DNA from: an uncultured Acidobacteriota bacterium
Lineage (GTDB): Bacteria > Acidobacteriota > Blastocatellia > RBC074
Direction of reading: 5' to 3'
Length of the DNA: 64,000 nt
NCBI GenBank assembly: GCA_963796275.1
Contig: CAWCKY010000007.1
Coordinates: 1,007,383 to 1,071,382, forward strand
The notes under the pieces were generated by a model. It had not been told where the DNA came from, searched no databases, and saw only the letters and a program-made list of their open reading frames with translations. This document shows positions 29,749 to 41,226 of the stretch, in pieces; position 1 is the first letter of the stretch; each line of letters opens with the position of its first letter. Made by a program: the position numbers and the translations under genes.

Positions 29749-30515
29749 GCTTTCACCCAGATTAGATCTTCCACAACGGCCACGGCCACGCCGTTCAGGG
29801 CCGTCTTTGGTACCACAAGTTTTCCGCGCGGGCAGGCGATCAGGGCGCACGGTTCGCAGACACCAGCCAGCCCCACGTTCTGCCGAACCCATTCCGATGG
29901 CTGCGTCACCCAGGACCGCGCCGCCACGGTTTCACGCGCCACCCCACGCAACGGCAAGCCGTTCCGTTCACAAAATTCAATCAATCCCGCTTCTTCAGCC
30001 TTCAAGTCAATGGTCGCCACCTCCCGTACCTCGCTCAGAAGACGCCCGTTCAGGGCCTGGCTGACCGCCGCCTCGATCCGTTCGGCGGTCACTCCTTTGC
30101 GACAGCCGACCCCCATCACCAGCGGTTTCAGGGCCTCGGTGGCCGTAGTGATGACCGGGACCGCGCCGATAGCGTTGGCCACGCGATAAGCCAGGCGGTT
30201 GGCTCCGCCTTCGTGACCGGCCAACAGTGCCACGGCATAGCGGCCTGCCTCGTCGAGCACGACGACCGCCGGATCGTGATGCTTGTCCATCGTCAAACCG
30301 TCGAGAAAGCGCACCGCGATGCCGCTCGCCGCGATCATCACCCACTGTGAGTGCTCATGATAAGCTGCGGCAAACTGTTCTCGCTGCGAACCAGCCACCT
30401 GCAACCAGGGCCGATATCGCCGGCCGCCGAGTCGTGATTGCAGCCAATCCGCGAGAGCCTCGCTCTCCGCCCGCACCGACCAAATCCCGAGCGATTCATC
30501 CAGTGATTTGGTCAT
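29745..30515 (-). CDS. cbiG: Cobalt-precorrin-5A hydrolase CbiG (compact form)
   Basis: ASGIAVR, DKHHDPAVVVLDE, GHEGGAN, VITTAT, GVGCRKG, GVCEPCA. Confidence 0.92.
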   Translation of the reverse strand: MTKSLDESLGIWSVRAESEALADWLQSRLGGRRYRPWLQVAGSQREQFAAAYHEHSQWVMIAASGIAVRFLDGLTMDKHHDPAVVVLDEAGRYAVALLAGHEGGANRLAYRVANAIGAVPVITTATEALKPLVMGVGCRKGVTAERIEAAVSQALNGRLLSEVREVATIDLKAEEAGLIEFCERNGLPLRGVARETVAARSWVTQPSEWVRQNVGLAGVCEPCALIACPRGKLVVPKTALNGVAVAVVEDLIWVKA

Positions 30516-31294
30516 GCCTCCCTCTTTCGTTCGTTCGGCCTCACTCCGCGAAATAGATGCTTGAAGTCTTGAGCGTAGAGCCTCGATTCGGTCACCAGGT
30601 CGTGCCCCAACGCCGCGCCGACCAGCAGCATGGTCGTGAGATTCCAATCGTCGCGCCGGGTCTCCTGCAGCACGGTGCCCAGCGTCCCTTGATATATCCG
30701 TTGTTCGGGCCAACTAGCCCGGTAGACGAGCGTCAACGGCGTCTCTTCAGGGTAGTGCCGGGACAGGTCGGCGACGATCTTTTTCAGATGCGGCCCCGAT
30801 AAGAAGATGCACATGGTCGCACGGTGCTCAGCCAATTTGGCGAGGGCTTCCGCTTCCGGCACCGCCGAAGCTCGGCCCGAGACGCGGGTAAGGATAATGG
30901 TCTGCGACACTTCCGGCCTGGTCAGCTCAGTCTTGACCTCAGCGGCGGCGGCGCAGAATGATGAGACCCCGGGGACCACTTCATATTCGATGCCCAGCGC
31001 CGCGAGCCGCCGCATCTGCTCGGCCGTCGCGCCGTAGATCGCCGGGTCGCCCGAGTGCAGCCGAGCTACGTCGCGGTCGGCCGCCTGGGCGCTCCGGTAG
31101 CAGGCCTCTTGCTGTTCGAGGTCGAGCCCGGCGGTATCGATCAACTCGGCGCCCGGTCGGCAGTGCTGCAGCAGATCGGTCGGCACCAGCGAACCGGCAT
31201 ACAACACCAGGTCGACGCAGCCCAGTATCCGGGCGCCGCGAATCGTGATCAGGTCGGCCGCGCCGGGACCGGCGCCGATGAAATAGACCTTCAT
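30512..31294 (-). CDS. cbiF: Cobalt-precorrin-4 C11-methyltransferase
   Basis: FIGAGPGAADLIT, YAGSLV, RLHSGDP, SQTIILTR, YRASWPE. Confidence 0.95.
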   Translation of the reverse strand: MKVYFIGAGPGAADLITIRGARILGCVDLVLYAGSLVPTDLLQHCRPGAELIDTAGLDLEQQEACYRSAQAADRDVARLHSGDPAIYGATAEQMRRLAALGIEYEVVPGVSSFCAAAAEVKTELTRPEVSQTIILTRVSGRASAVPEAEALAKLAEHRATMCIFLSGPHLKKIVADLSRHYPEETPLTLVYRASWPEQRIYQGTLGTVLQETRRDDWNLTTMLLVGAALGHDLVTESRLYAQDFKHLFRGVRPNERKREA

Positions 31295-32031
31295 AAATGA
31301 CTCCTCCTCGGTGTCTTGCGAATCAGCAGTGTGGCGAGATAACCCATGGCCCCGGTCGCGGAGAGCGTTCCGACTTCGGCCGACAACAACTCACCCGGCA
31401 ACCCGATGCGGCGTGCGAACGCGCAATTTTCGGCAATCCCCATTTCGCACAGCAGATCGAGTATCCAGGGCAAGCGCGCGCCGACTTTCATCAAGACCAC
31501 GATGTCATGCGTCTCGATCTCACTCCGCAACGTCAGGGGATCGTCCGGGCAAGGCAGGATCAGCACTCGCTCCTTGCCCTCGCCCAACGGCCAGCTCAGA
31601 GCGGCGGCGGCGGCGGCGTAACTGGTAATCCCGGGAAAGGTCCGGTACCGCAATACCGGCAGTCGCTCGCGCAGCGCGGCCAGCACATAGCCATAGGTGG
31701 AGTAGGTCAGCGAATCGCCGATCGTCAGGTAGGCAACGTTGCGCCCGGCGCAGAGTTCGGCAGCGATCGTCCCGGCCAACTGCCCGTAATGCTCGCGCAA
31801 TACCGTTCGGTCCGGATCCATATTGAACTCGATCTCTCTTAATCGTTCCGGCGGAATGTCGATCCCTTCCAGACATTGCAGGGCAACCGAGGTCTCGGCG
31901 CCGCGCACACGAGGAGCGAATACCACCTCAGCTCGCCGCAAGACTTCAAGAGCCGCCAGCGGAAGATAACCGGCCGGCCCCGGGCCGACCCCAATTCCCC
32001 AGAACGTGCCAAGCGATGCCTGTTCCCTCAT
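31291..32031 (-). CDS. cbiL: Cobalt-precorrin-2 C20-methyltransferase
   Basis: GIGVGPG, TIGDSLTYST, PGITS, VVLMKV. Confidence 0.92.
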   Translation of the reverse strand: MREQASLGTFWGIGVGPGPAGYLPLAALEVLRRAEVVFAPRVRGAETSVALQCLEGIDIPPERLREIEFNMDPDRTVLREHYGQLAGTIAAELCAGRNVAYLTIGDSLTYSTYGYVLAALRERLPVLRYRTFPGITSYAAAAAALSWPLGEGKERVLILPCPDDPLTLRSEIETHDIVVLMKVGARLPWILDLLCEMGIAENCAFARRIGLPGELLSAEVGTLSATGAMGYLATLLIRKTPRRSHL

Positions 32032-33185
32032 GCGTCCTTCCTCAACAGATTACCGGATAGATCGAATAACCGGACTTCTACCCGCGCCACCGCCGGTACC
32101 CGATCGCACACTCGCTCCGCGATCCGCCGCTCAATTTCAATCCACAATTCCTGCCAGTCGGGGTCACTCTTCATTCGTTCGATCGCCGCTTCCACAGTGT
32201 TGGCGTTCTCGATCTCTTTCACCAGGCCTGGCGCGAATCCACACTCCGCCGCCACCCGCGCCACACCGACCATCGCCATTCCGCTCTTGCTCGAATGTGT
32301 GTCCCATACTCCGTCCAGCACCTTGGCCAGTTTACCGGGGTGCCCCAGGAGCCAGAGCACATCCAACCGACGTCCGTCTTCTTCCAGCGCCCGCTGCGTG
32401 AAGTCGAGCGCATCGCCCAGAAAGTTGGCAATCTGGACCATGCGCTCTTCGGGTAACCCCAGAACCTCTCGGACATAGTCACGGCCGATCTTGCCCGGCA
32501 GGTAGGCGACGCTTGGCGCTCCGCCGCCGAGCGCGACCCGGATATAGACTTCGACCGAAGCGATCCAGGCCGCCAGCGACATCGGCTCGACGATCCCGGT
32601 CGTCCCGAGGATCGAGATGCCGCCCAGGATACCGAGTCGAGGGTTGAAGGTCTTTCTAGCGATCACCTCGCCATTTTCACAACCGATGGTCAGATCGAAG
32701 CCCTCTTCACTAGTTTCAAATCCGATTGGTCTTCCTACCGCCAGCACTTCGGCGACCGCCTGCCGCATCATTCGGCGCGGCACCGGGTTGATCGCGGGCT
32801 CTCCCACCGCCACGCGCAACCCAGGCTTGGTCGCGATGCCGACACCGCTCCCGGCGATAAAACGAATCAGTCCCAGGTCATTCCGCCGGACCTCGGCGAA
32901 GATGGTTGCGCCATGCGTGCCGTCCGGATCATCGCCGCCGTCTTTGAGCACCTCAGCGCGGACCAAGCCACGATCGAGCCACCGCGCATCCTGAATCGGC
33001 ACCATTAGATATTGGGTGCCGTCCGGCAACGACACTGCCACACGTTCGGGTTGTTCGCCGCGCAACAGCAGACTGAGTGCGGTCTTGACCGCCGCCGTGG
33101 CGCAACTGCCGGTCGTGCGCCCGCGCCGCAGACCATTGGGCGCCAAAAGACCGAGATCGAATTCTGCGAGTTCAATCTTGCTCAT
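32028..33185 (-). CDS. cbiD: Cobalt-precorrin-5B C1-methyltransferase
   Basis: [53 protein letters not shown]. Confidence 0.96.
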   Translation of the reverse strand: MSKIELAEFDLGLLAPNGLRRGRTTGSCATAAVKTALSLLLRGEQPERVAVSLPDGTQYLMVPIQDARWLDRGLVRAEVLKDGGDDPDGTHGATIFAEVRRNDLGLIRFIAGSGVGIATKPGLRVAVGEPAINPVPRRMMRQAVAEVLAVGRPIGFETSEEGFDLTIGCENGEVIARKTFNPRLGILGGISILGTTGIVEPMSLAAWIASVEVYIRVALGGGAPSVAYLPGKIGRDYVREVLGLPEERMVQIANFLGDALDFTQRALEEDGRRLDVLWLLGHPGKLAKVLDGVWDTHSSKSGMAMVGVARVAAECGFAPGLVKEIENANTVEAAIERMKSDPDWQELWIEIERRIAERVCDRVPAVARVEVRLFDLSGNLLRKDA

Positions 33186-34777
33186 ATTTCCGGATGCCCG
33201 GCCAGCCAGTTGACCGCCTCGATCATCAAGGCATTGACTACGCTCGCCGCCCATGGCGAACCGCCGCGGGTGCCGCGATTGGTAATGCGTGGTACTTGCA
33301 GACAGCGTCGCAGATCATCCTTGCTCTCCCGGGTCCCGACGAAACCGACGGGCAGTCCGATTACCAATTGCGGCCTCCAACCGTTTTCGCGGATCAGGCG
33401 AGTCGCTTCCGCCAAAGCGGTCGGCGCATCGCCGATCGCCAACACGATGTCGTTACCGAACTTCTCCCAGGCCCGCCGGATGCCTGCGGCCGAGCGAGTG
33501 ACCACATGCATTTGTGCCATGAGCTGCGTCTCGCGGTCGTGGACTCCGCACCAGGTTTCAATGCCAAGCTGTGTAAGCAGCGCACGTTTCAAGCCGGCCT
33601 GCACCATGGTGACATCGGTAACGATGCGCTTGCAGCGTAACAGCGCACGGAAGCCGGTCTCGACGGCTCCCGGCGACAGGTAGAGATCATCAACCGCATC
33701 GAGATCGCCGCTCGTGTGGACCAGCCGTTGTAATACTGAAAGGTGCGCGGCTGGGAAAGCCGACCAGTCGCGCCTGGCGGCGATCAGGCGGAAGCTCTCG
33801 GCCTCGATCGGATGCGGCTGGTAGGGCCTGAATTCAGGTTCGGGTTCGATCGGCCGCGCCTCGACAGTTCCCTCCTTTTCCAGCAATCCTCGCACTCGCA
33901 GATGATGCGCCCGCTGCGGCTCGCCGACCTGCTCCTCGAAACCGACGATCTGCACCCGGTATTTACATAACGAGCAGTTCATCGCCGCACGCCCGGCTAC
34001 CGCCTCGCGTGCACGTTCGATCATTACGTCGGCCACGTGCGGATGCACGCCGAGATAACCGGCTTTGAGGACCTCCAGTTCCGGTTCGCCTTCCTGCAAT
34101 AGATCGGCTGCCGCGTAAATCCGCTTGACCAGAACGCCGTCAAAGAGCATGAACGGCAAGACTATGAGTCGCGCAGATCCCAGTCGGGCGGCGGAGCGCA
34201 AACCGTCGGCGACCAGCGGTTTGGCGGTACCCGAATAACAGACGACGGCTCCGCCGAATCCCATTCCCTCCTCCAGCATCCGCGCCAGCTTGGCGATCTC
34301 GCCATTGGCGTCCGGGTCGCTGGTGCCGCGGCCGACCAGCACCAGACAGGTCTCGTCGCGCCTCACGATGCGCGGTGAGGTCGATTCGGCGGCGACGATC
34401 CGTTCCTGAGCGAGTTGCAATAGTTGCGGATGTAGATTGAGCGGGGTGCCGAAGTGAAAATCGATCCCGGGATGCTCGCGTGCCAGCGCCAGCAATTCGC
34501 TCGGCAGATCGTTCTTCGCATGGCGCGCCGCCAACAGCACACCCGGCACTACCGCCACCTGCCGCACACCGGCGGCGAGGTTCGCGGCGACCGCTTCGGC
34601 AATCGTCGGACTGGCGAACTCCAGATAGCCGTGGGTGACCACATGCTGTGGGGCACGCATCCGGATCAATTCGACCAGCGCCTCAAACTCCCGGACCCCG
34701 TCTGAATCCCGGCTCCCATGACCGGCAACCACGATTCCGAACTGTCCGAACTGATCAGCTTGAACAATCGGCATCAT
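33182..34777 (-). CDS. cbiX: Fused sirohydrochlorin cobaltochelatase CbiX (long form) / precorrin-8X methylmutase CbiC
   Basis: [30 protein letters not shown]; then [39 protein letters not shown]. Confidence 0.92.
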   Translation of the reverse strand: MMPIVQADQFGQFGIVVAGHGSRDSDGVREFEALVELIRMRAPQHVVTHGYLEFASPTIAEAVAANLAAGVRQVAVVPGVLLAARHAKNDLPSELLALAREHPGIDFHFGTPLNLHPQLLQLAQERIVAAESTSPRIVRRDETCLVLVGRGTSDPDANGEIAKLARMLEEGMGFGGAVVCYSGTAKPLVADGLRSAARLGSARLIVLPFMLFDGVLVKRIYAAADLLQEGEPELEVLKAGYLGVHPHVADVMIERAREAVAGRAAMNCSLCKYRVQIVGFEEQVGEPQRAHHLRVRGLLEKEGTVEARPIEPEPEFRPYQPHPIEAESFRLIAARRDWSAFPAAHLSVLQRLVHTSGDLDAVDDLYLSPGAVETGFRALLRCKRIVTDVTMVQAGLKRALLTQLGIETWCGVHDRETQLMAQMHVVTRSAAGIRRAWEKFGNDIVLAIGDAPTALAEATRLIRENGWRPQLVIGLPVGFVGTRESKDDLRRCLQVPRITNRGTRGGSPWAASVVNALMIEAVNWLAGHPEI

Positions 34778-35485
34778 GCTCCCTCCGGCGGTTCGATCTG
34801 GCTCGGCATCGGATGACGGGTGCGGATCAGCATAATGCTCATCTTGCTGAACTCGCGTTGTCCCAGACACTCGGCCAGAGTGCCGCGCCAGGCCGCCTCG
34901 GCGCCGGTCAGATTCTCCCAGACCTCGGCCGGATGGTCGGGCGATATCTCGTTCTCGATCAAATAGGCAGCGATCTCATGCGGGCATGAACGAGCGTTCG
35001 GCATCCCATGGGCAAGGGATCACAATCGCATTCCGCCGGTCTTGCAGCACATGGACCAGATGACGTTTGAACGGCGTGAGATCGCCGCGTCGATGAAAGG
35101 TGATGAAGGTCGTCTCGTCGAAGCAGACTTTGCTCCGTGAAGCGAGAATCTGCGCCGAGGATATCCCCGGCAGACTCTCCACCGCATGGCCGCAGGCCCG
35201 TTCAACCCGCTCCAGATATTGAAAGCCGCTGAAATGGAGATCGCCCATGAAGACCACGACACAACGTTGACCGGCATGATGCGCCCGCGCCACTCGCGCC
35301 AGCTGGTCGACCTGATCGCGATATCCCATGGTCACCACCTCCGCCGTCGCTGGAATCAGATCGCGCACGATCTTAACCACGGCGTCGAACCCGGCCACTA
35401 CATCGGCCGAGCGAATCAACTCCGCGCCGCGCTGGGTTAGGTAACCGATGTCGCCCGGTCCAGCGCCGATACAAATGATCATCAT
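34774..35485 (-). CDS. cbiE: Cobalt-precorrin-7 C5-methyltransferase CbiE, frameshift at ~34985
   Basis: [29 protein letters not shown]; C-terminus VWENLT in the shifted frame. Confidence 0.85.
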
Positions 35486-36238
35486 TTTTCCTCGGTTGTT
35501 TTCATTGTGCTCGAAAAACCGGCGGCCAAACCCACCACGTCACCGACCACCACGATGGCCGGGCTGCCGAGCCCCTGCGCACTGACTGCCGCCGGCAACT
35601 CGACCAGGGTCGTCATGACGCTGCGCTGGTGGGGCAAGGTGCCATGCTGTATCGCCGCTGCAGGCCGGGTTGGCGATGCGCCTGCGGCCAATAATTCGGC
35701 GACGATCTGCGGCAGGTTGGCCATGCCCATATAGATCACCAGCGTCTCTCCAACCTCGGCCAACCTTCGCCAATTCACCGATCCATCCGGGCGGGAATGC
35801 CCGGTCACAAAGGTGATGCTGCGCGAGTAATCGCGATGCGACAGGGGAATGCCCAAGGCCGCGGGCACGGCCACACCGGCCGTCACTCCGCTGACAACCT
35901 CGACCGGCACCCCGGCTACCAGCAGGCACTGCATCTCTTCACCGCCCCGACCGAAGACGAATGGATCGCCCCCCTTGAGTCGCGCCACAATCTTGCCGTT
36001 AGTCGGCATGCTTGAGCATGAGTTCGTGAATCGTGATCTGTGAGGTCGATCGGCAGCCGCCGCGCTTGCCGACCTCCATGATCTGCGCATCGGGCCGGGC
36101 GAAACACAGGACTTCGCGACTGACCAGATCGTCGAGCAGCACGACATCCGCCTCCCCGAGAACCCTCACCGCTTTGAGCGTCAATAGCTCGATATCACCG
36201 GGACCGGCGCCGATCAAATAGACTTTCCCTGTTTTCAT
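35482..36238 (-). CDS. cobA: Uroporphyrinogen-III C-methyltransferase, frameshift at ~36000
   Basis: [24 protein letters not shown] / [28 protein letters not shown]. Confidence 0.92.
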
Positions 36239-36397
36239 ATGAGCTTAGACATCCGAGCCGCGTGGCACCGAATTCCCGGCCGACAATCGCATCTGAAGCG
36301 GGAAATTTAGAGTGGAGTGATTGCTGAAAAGCTGGAAAATAGAGACCCGAACCCAAGCCGCACTCTTAATCCCCGAAGAGTTCATCTGCACGACCGA

Positions 36398-36615
36398 ACT
36401 TCAGGTAGGTCTCCTGACTTAAGCCCCCGAAGTCGAAAGCAATTGAATGCTGGCGGCTTCTCTTTTCCTCGTCGCCTTCCCACGCGCTCGCGCAGTGGCA
36501 TAAAGTAGGAGAGGAAAAGTATCAAAGGGCCTTCACAGTGGCGGGACCGTGCGGGAGTTTCACCCGCTTCCCTATTCTCCCGTTACCATAGAAACGGCAA
36601 CAGGCACCTGAAGCC
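36398..36615 (-). promoter_or_regulatory. Cobalamin riboswitch upstream of cobA
   Basis: AGGTG...AATAGGGAA.CGGGTGAAACTCCCGCACGGTCCCGCCACTGT...GCCACTG..GGGAAGGC...AAGTCAGGAGACCT (B12 box). Confidence 0.93.
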
Positions 36616-36714
36616 AAAACTGTTAGATCAAAGCGTTGTTGAATATATGCCAGGGGATATTAATAACGCAAATTCAATCTCGCAATCGATCAAGACCGTC
36701 CATCTGGACCTCGT

Positions 36715-38370
36715 TCAGTTCGCCGGCGGTAACGCCGCTCGCCTGCCTTCCCGATCGGAGATGCTGACCGGCGACGGTTGGAGATCGATTTGACCGGGCA
36801 CAACCGCCAGGCGGGAAGCGCGCCGCCGTTTAAAGTTGCGCGCCGTTCGGCGCCAGGTCAACCAAACCGCCGTCAAACTCAAAGCGCATCCGCCCAGGCT
36901 CAAAGCGATCACCGTCAAGTCCCACGCCGGGCGGCTCTGATAAAGATAAGGGAAATCGAGGCTGTGGAGCCCGTTGTATAGCCAGCGTTCGATCCGGCTG
37001 CGAGCCTCTTCCTTCTGAACCACCGCGCCCAGTTGTGGGTCGAGATAGAGCCAGGTCTGTTGCGGGTCCTCGTATTTCACTCGCAGCACCGGAAGGCGGC
37101 GGCCTCGCGCCCGGTGATAATAGTAAGCGTCATACCGGTCGAGCCAGGCCGCGTCTCTAATTTCAACCCCGGGCATTGCTTCCCGGGCTGCAGCCATCAC
37201 CTCGTCGCGGGCGAACTCGTGCAGCCTCGTCTTCGTCTCGTCAGCCGCGATCAGCAGGTGCGGCAACGGCGCTTCGGCAGCGAGAATCGCCGACGAATCA
37301 GTGTTCGAACCGGTCTTCAGTTGATCCGGCGATTGAAGGGCAAGGTAATACGGCCACCCGCGAAATTGCGCGAGTTCGATCTCCTTTGGTTGAAACTCGG
37401 TCTGAAACTCGCGCAGGGCTTTGGCCGGGCTCAGGTTGAACAGCCGCGGATCGAGCGCCCCGCCCGCCACGGCGTTGACCTGGGCCTCGGTCGGACTGCT
37501 GCCGGGCGACCACTTGCCGGGATTCATCGAGAAGAGCCCGCTCAGAATCCAGGTGAACGTAATCAGCCCGAAGAACAGCCCGAAGTAATGATGCCAGCGC
37601 ATCATTCCCGCGTAGGGCGTGCCGCTCAGTTCGCCCCTGAGGCGGTACTGTTTTCTGAATCGGTACCGCCAGAGCCCGGCGATGATGCCGCTCAAACACA
37701 TGACGCAGCCGGCGCCCGAGCCGTACACGATCACGTCGTGCCAGAGGTCGGGACGCTGCCGCAGCGGGGTGAAGTAGATCCAGTGAATCACCGCCCCGAT
37801 CCAACCCCAGAAGCGGCTCGCGTGCGTCGTCTTCATGACGACTTCACCAGTCACCTGCGAGACATATAGATGCGTGCCCGGCTCGTCATCCAGTGCGAAC
37901 TTATGCAATGGCTTGAACGGCCGGAGCGCGCCGCTGAGCGTCCATTGATCGGCGATCTCGATCGTCTCGATGTACTTCACACCGCCGAGGTGTTCCGGCA
38001 CGAAAGCCCCGGCGAGCTCCAGCCCTTGCGCGGGGGTTACCGGTTCGAGTCGCCCGCCGTCGTCGGCAAAAATCGTCACCCAGCCTCGGTCCGAGAGGAA
38101 CCGATAGACCGGGCGCCCATTGACCATCCCCAGCCGGACTTTCCCCGGCGCATCGATCCAGCCGAGACGTTGATACGCCTGCTCCGGCGTCAGCGCGGCA
38201 CGTGAGAAGTCGAGGGCGGGCAAGCGCATCAATCGCTCTTCCGATGAGAGCCGGGGCATCCGCTTGTACATCATGATGACGCCCGAGATGAACCAGAGCG
38301 CGAACAGCAGGCAGAAGGCCAGGCCGAGGTAGCGATGCATGTATATCAAATATTTCTTCAGCTTTTGCAT
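36715..38370 (-). CDS. PepSY-associated TM domain protein
   Basis: HRYLG, IHWIYF, WHHYFG, WLYNGLHSLDF His-bearing TM segments; coupled to a TonB receptor. Confidence 0.88.
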   Translation of the reverse strand: MQKLKKYLIYMHRYLGLAFCLLFALWFISGVIMMYKRMPRLSSEERLMRLPALDFSRAALTPEQAYQRLGWIDAPGKVRLGMVNGRPVYRFLSDRGWVTIFADDGGRLEPVTPAQGLELAGAFVPEHLGGVKYIETIEIADQWTLSGALRPFKPLHKFALDDEPGTHLYVSQVTGEVVMKTTHASRFWGWIGAVIHWIYFTPLRQRPDLWHDVIVYGSGAGCVMCLSGIIAGLWRYRFRKQYRLRGELSGTPYAGMMRWHHYFGLFFGLITFTWILSGLFSMNPGKWSPGSSPTEAQVNAVAGGALDPRLFNLSPAKALREFQTEFQPKEIELAQFRGWPYYLALQSPDQLKTGSNTDSSAILAAEAPLPHLLIAADETKTRLHEFARDEVMAAAREAMPGVEIRDAAWLDRYDAYYYHRARGRRLPVLRVKYEDPQQTWLYLDPQLGAVVQKEEARSRIERWLYNGLHSLDFPYLYQSRPAWDLTVIALSLGGCALSLTAVWLTWRRTARNFKRRRASRLAVVPGQIDLQPSPVSISDREGRRAALPPAN

Positions 38371-38377
38371 GGAACCT

Positions 38378-40768
38378 CTATTTCGATCGAAAACGTAAGG
38401 TCATCAGCCAATTGAAAGGCTTGCCGGGATACAACTGCGTGCGGTAGATGCCGCCGACGAAGTACCTTTCTTTATTGAGCGCGTTATAAATATTGATATT
38501 GAACTCCCACCGCTCGCGCCGGTAACAAGCCGTCGCATCCCAGGTGGCATACCCGCCCAGGCGGATGTCGTTTTCGTTGCTCGTGAAGACGCTGCTGAGA
38601 TAGCGCCCGCCGACGCCTCCGCCGAAACCGTTCTTCCATTGATAGGTCGCCCACAGGTTGCCGACCTGGCGCGGGACGAAGTTCGGGACTTTACCCGTGT
38701 AGACGAAGTTGTTGCTCGGCGAAAAGTAGTCCAGAAATTTGGTGTCGGTGAAACCGTAATTCATCATAACCTGCAAATTCGGCAGACGTTTCAGAGGCTG
38801 CCCCATCAAGTCGAATTCAAAACCTCGTGAACGCTGCTTCGCGGCCTGCTCGTAGATATGTCCGGTGCCCTGTGATTGGCCGGTTTGAGGATCGATGATC
38901 GGGACGCTTCTCACGAAGACCGCCAGGTTCCGGCGTTCGATCTCATACCCGGCCATCGTCAAATTCATCCGCCCATTGAGGAGATCGAATCGCTGTCCGA
39001 TCTCGAACTGCCGGCCCTCCTCCGGCTGCAACGTGATCTGATTGAACGGGACGACATTGACCGGCGTGAACGAGGTCGCGAACGATCCATAGAGCGTCCA
39101 CCAATCGCTGGCCTGATAGACCGCACCGGCCCGGTAGGTCGGCGCATTCCTGGCGAGCTCGATTCGCTCTCCGGAGAATTGCACGCCGTTCGTGACCGGA
39201 TCGTTGCGGCTCCAACGGCGGTAGATGTCCATCCGCACCCCGAGCATCGTTTTCAGCCGCCGGGTCAGGTTCAATTGATCCTGGAAGTAAAAAGCATTGA
39301 ATGTGTTAGCGAAGTAGTCGATGCGGGAGAGCGGAAAGTCGCGATTGACGTGCGTCTCCACCGGATTGAAGAGGTCGATGGGAGTCGTCGCGGTGGATGC
39401 GGCGGCGCTGCGATTGGAAAAATTGAAGAACCGCTGGTACTCCCAGCCGCCGATGAGTTGATGCTGAAAGCCGGTGCTGAATCGCCAACTGGCCTCCGCC
39501 TGATTGAAGACCGGGCGGCGGTGATGCTTGAAATATAGGAACTGGCGATCGACTAGATTGAGGCTCTGCTGTTCAACGCTGAGCGTCTCCGCGCTGAAAT
39601 ACTCGTCGTTGAAATACCGGTAGGACAACGTGTTTCGCAGTTGGAGGTGGTCGGAGAAGAGATGGGTGTAATAGATCCGCCCGTTGTAATCCTCGGAGAG
39701 CGCGAAATCCTGCGGCGTATTGAAACGGCGATCGAGCGGGATGTTCGGCACCTGGTTATCAACCACGGGAATCCCGGCATCGGTCGCAAACCGGTCGCGG
39801 TTGATCGTCAGATGAAAATTGATCTGATCTCGGGGCGTGACCAGCCACAACACGGAAGGCGTGAAGTTGAATCGCCGCGCGAGATTGTGGCGCCAGCCCT
39901 CGGCGTCTTCAAAACCAAAATCGGCCCGGCCAAGCAGGTGTTCACTGAAGAGCTGGCCGGTCGCGCCGCCGGCGAAGCGCTTGGTGCCGAAACTGCCGCC
40001 GGCCAGGGTGAAATCATAAGCCGGATTGGATTGCGGTTTCTTACGCACCAGGTTGATCGCGCCCCCTATGGCACCGCCGCCATAGAGCACCGAAGCCGGC
40101 CCCTTGAGAACCTCGACCGACTCGATGCTGTTGAGTTGCGTGTTCATGCGGTTGCCTTCATTCCGCACGCCGTCGAGTAACTGGACGGCATCGGCAAAAC
40201 CGCGAACCCGGTAGTACTCATAGACCCCATAACCGGTATAAGAATTGAGGCTACTGACATTGCGCAGCGCGGAGACCAAATCGTTCTGTCCCTGCACCTC
40301 CAGCGTCTGACGGTCGATCCGGTTGAGCGAGATCGGTAGCTCACGTAAGGGCACATCGAGTTTGGAGGCCGTCAGCACTCCCGCATCGGCCACAATGTTG
40401 ACCGTTTCGCTGACTTCGCTGACGGCAAGTTTGAAGTCAAGAGACTCGCCCGAAGTCGAAGAGGAATGATTCAATTCGCGGGTGATCGATTGAAACCCGA
40501 CTTTTTCAACCGTCAGGCGATAGCTGCTCCATGGCAACTGACTGAACCGGTAAGAACCGTCGGTGTCGCTGACCACCCTTAGCGTGACGGCGGGGGTGCC
40601 CGCCCTGGAGATAATAGTCAATTCGGTGCCTGGAATAGCCGCGCCCTGAGAATCTGTAATCCGTCCGCTCAGGCTACCGGCGGTTTGTGCGAAAGCCGGT
40701 ATAGGCCCAACTCCCGGCCATGAGATGAAGGAAACGGCGAGGGCGATAATCGCCAGAAATCTACTCAT
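38378..40768 (-). CDS. TonB-dependent outer-membrane receptor (siderophore-receptor-like) with an N-terminal carboxypeptidase-regulatory-like domain
   Basis: Signal peptide from the ATG at 40768 (RBS GAGGAGG); plug RVRGF, IESVEVLKGPASVLYG, GGAINLV; beta-barrel ending LTLRFRSK. Confidence 0.93.
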   Translation of the reverse strand: MSRFLAIIALAVSFISWPGVGPIPAFAQTAGSLSGRITDSQGAAIPGTELTIISRAGTPAVTLRVVSDTDGSYRFSQLPWSSYRLTVEKVGFQSITRELNHSSSTSGESLDFKLAVSEVSETVNIVADAGVLTASKLDVPLRELPISLNRIDRQTLEVQGQNDLVSALRNVSSLNSYTGYGVYEYYRVRGFADAVQLLDGVRNEGNRMNTQLNSIESVEVLKGPASVLYGGGAIGGAINLVRKKPQSNPAYDFTLAGGSFGTKRFAGGATGQLFSEHLLGRADFGFEDAEGWRHNLARRFNFTPSVLWLVTPRDQINFHLTINRDRFATDAGIPVVDNQVPNIPLDRRFNTPQDFALSEDYNGRIYYTHLFSDHLQLRNTLSYRYFNDEYFSAETLSVEQQSLNLVDRQFLYFKHHRRPVFNQAEASWRFSTGFQHQLIGGWEYQRFFNFSNRSAAASTATTPIDLFNPVETHVNRDFPLSRIDYFANTFNAFYFQDQLNLTRRLKTMLGVRMDIYRRWSRNDPVTNGVQFSGERIELARNAPTYRAGAVYQASDWWTLYGSFATSFTPVNVVPFNQITLQPEEGRQFEIGQRFDLLNGRMNLTMAGYEIERRNLAVFVRSVPIIDPQTGQSQGTGHIYEQAAKQRSRGFEFDLMGQPLKRLPNLQVMMNYGFTDTKFLDYFSPSNNFVYTGKVPNFVPRQVGNLWATYQWKNGFGGGVGGRYLSSVFTSNENDIRLGGYATWDATACYRRERWEFNINIYNALNKERYFVGGIYRTQLYPGKPFNWLMTLRFRSK

Positions 40769-40809
40769 CGATAAAACCTCCTCTTTTTCCCATCGAAAGT
40801 CGGTGAGGC

Positions 40810-41000
40810 CAGTGCTCAAAATCGGTCTCCTGACTTGCGGTTTTCCGTCGATGACCGGTCGAAGATCGATCACCGACATCCCTTCCTCCGCGCCTTCCCG
40901 TTGGTGACGAACAGTGGCTGAATGCGGAGTCAGTCGCCGTTACAGTTGCGTGGGCAGTGGCGGATTTACACCGCGCTTCCCGTTCACTTTCAGCACTCGG
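40810..41000 (-). promoter_or_regulatory. Cobalamin riboswitch, proximal of the tandem pair
   Basis: AACGGGAAGCGCGGTGTAAATCCGCCACTGCCCACGCAACTGTAA...GCCACTG...GGGAAGGC...AAGTCAGGAGACC. Confidence 0.9.
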
Positions 41001-41226
41001 TGGTTAATGGTGAACCGGAGCCGGCTCCGGCATGAATGGTTCGGCGGCAGTTCCTCCTGAATCCGGTTTCGTTATTCAGGCCACGGGCGCTGCCGCTCGG
41101 GTTTTGAAGATCGGATGTGGATGAACTGAAATTTGGAGAGTGGAATGAGATATATACCGGCGGGAACACTTGAGTTGACACCAAAGCCGCACTCTCAATC
41201 CACGAAGAGTCCATCGATACCGACCG

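Noticed and set aside
25800-40400. Antisense ORFs over the cbi, PepSY and TonB genes, and extended N-termini in the ORF track (cbiD, cbiG, cbiH, cobW, cbiX, TBDR)
   Set aside because: They have no motifs, and the true starts are the coupled ATGA overlaps or RBS-preceded ATGs
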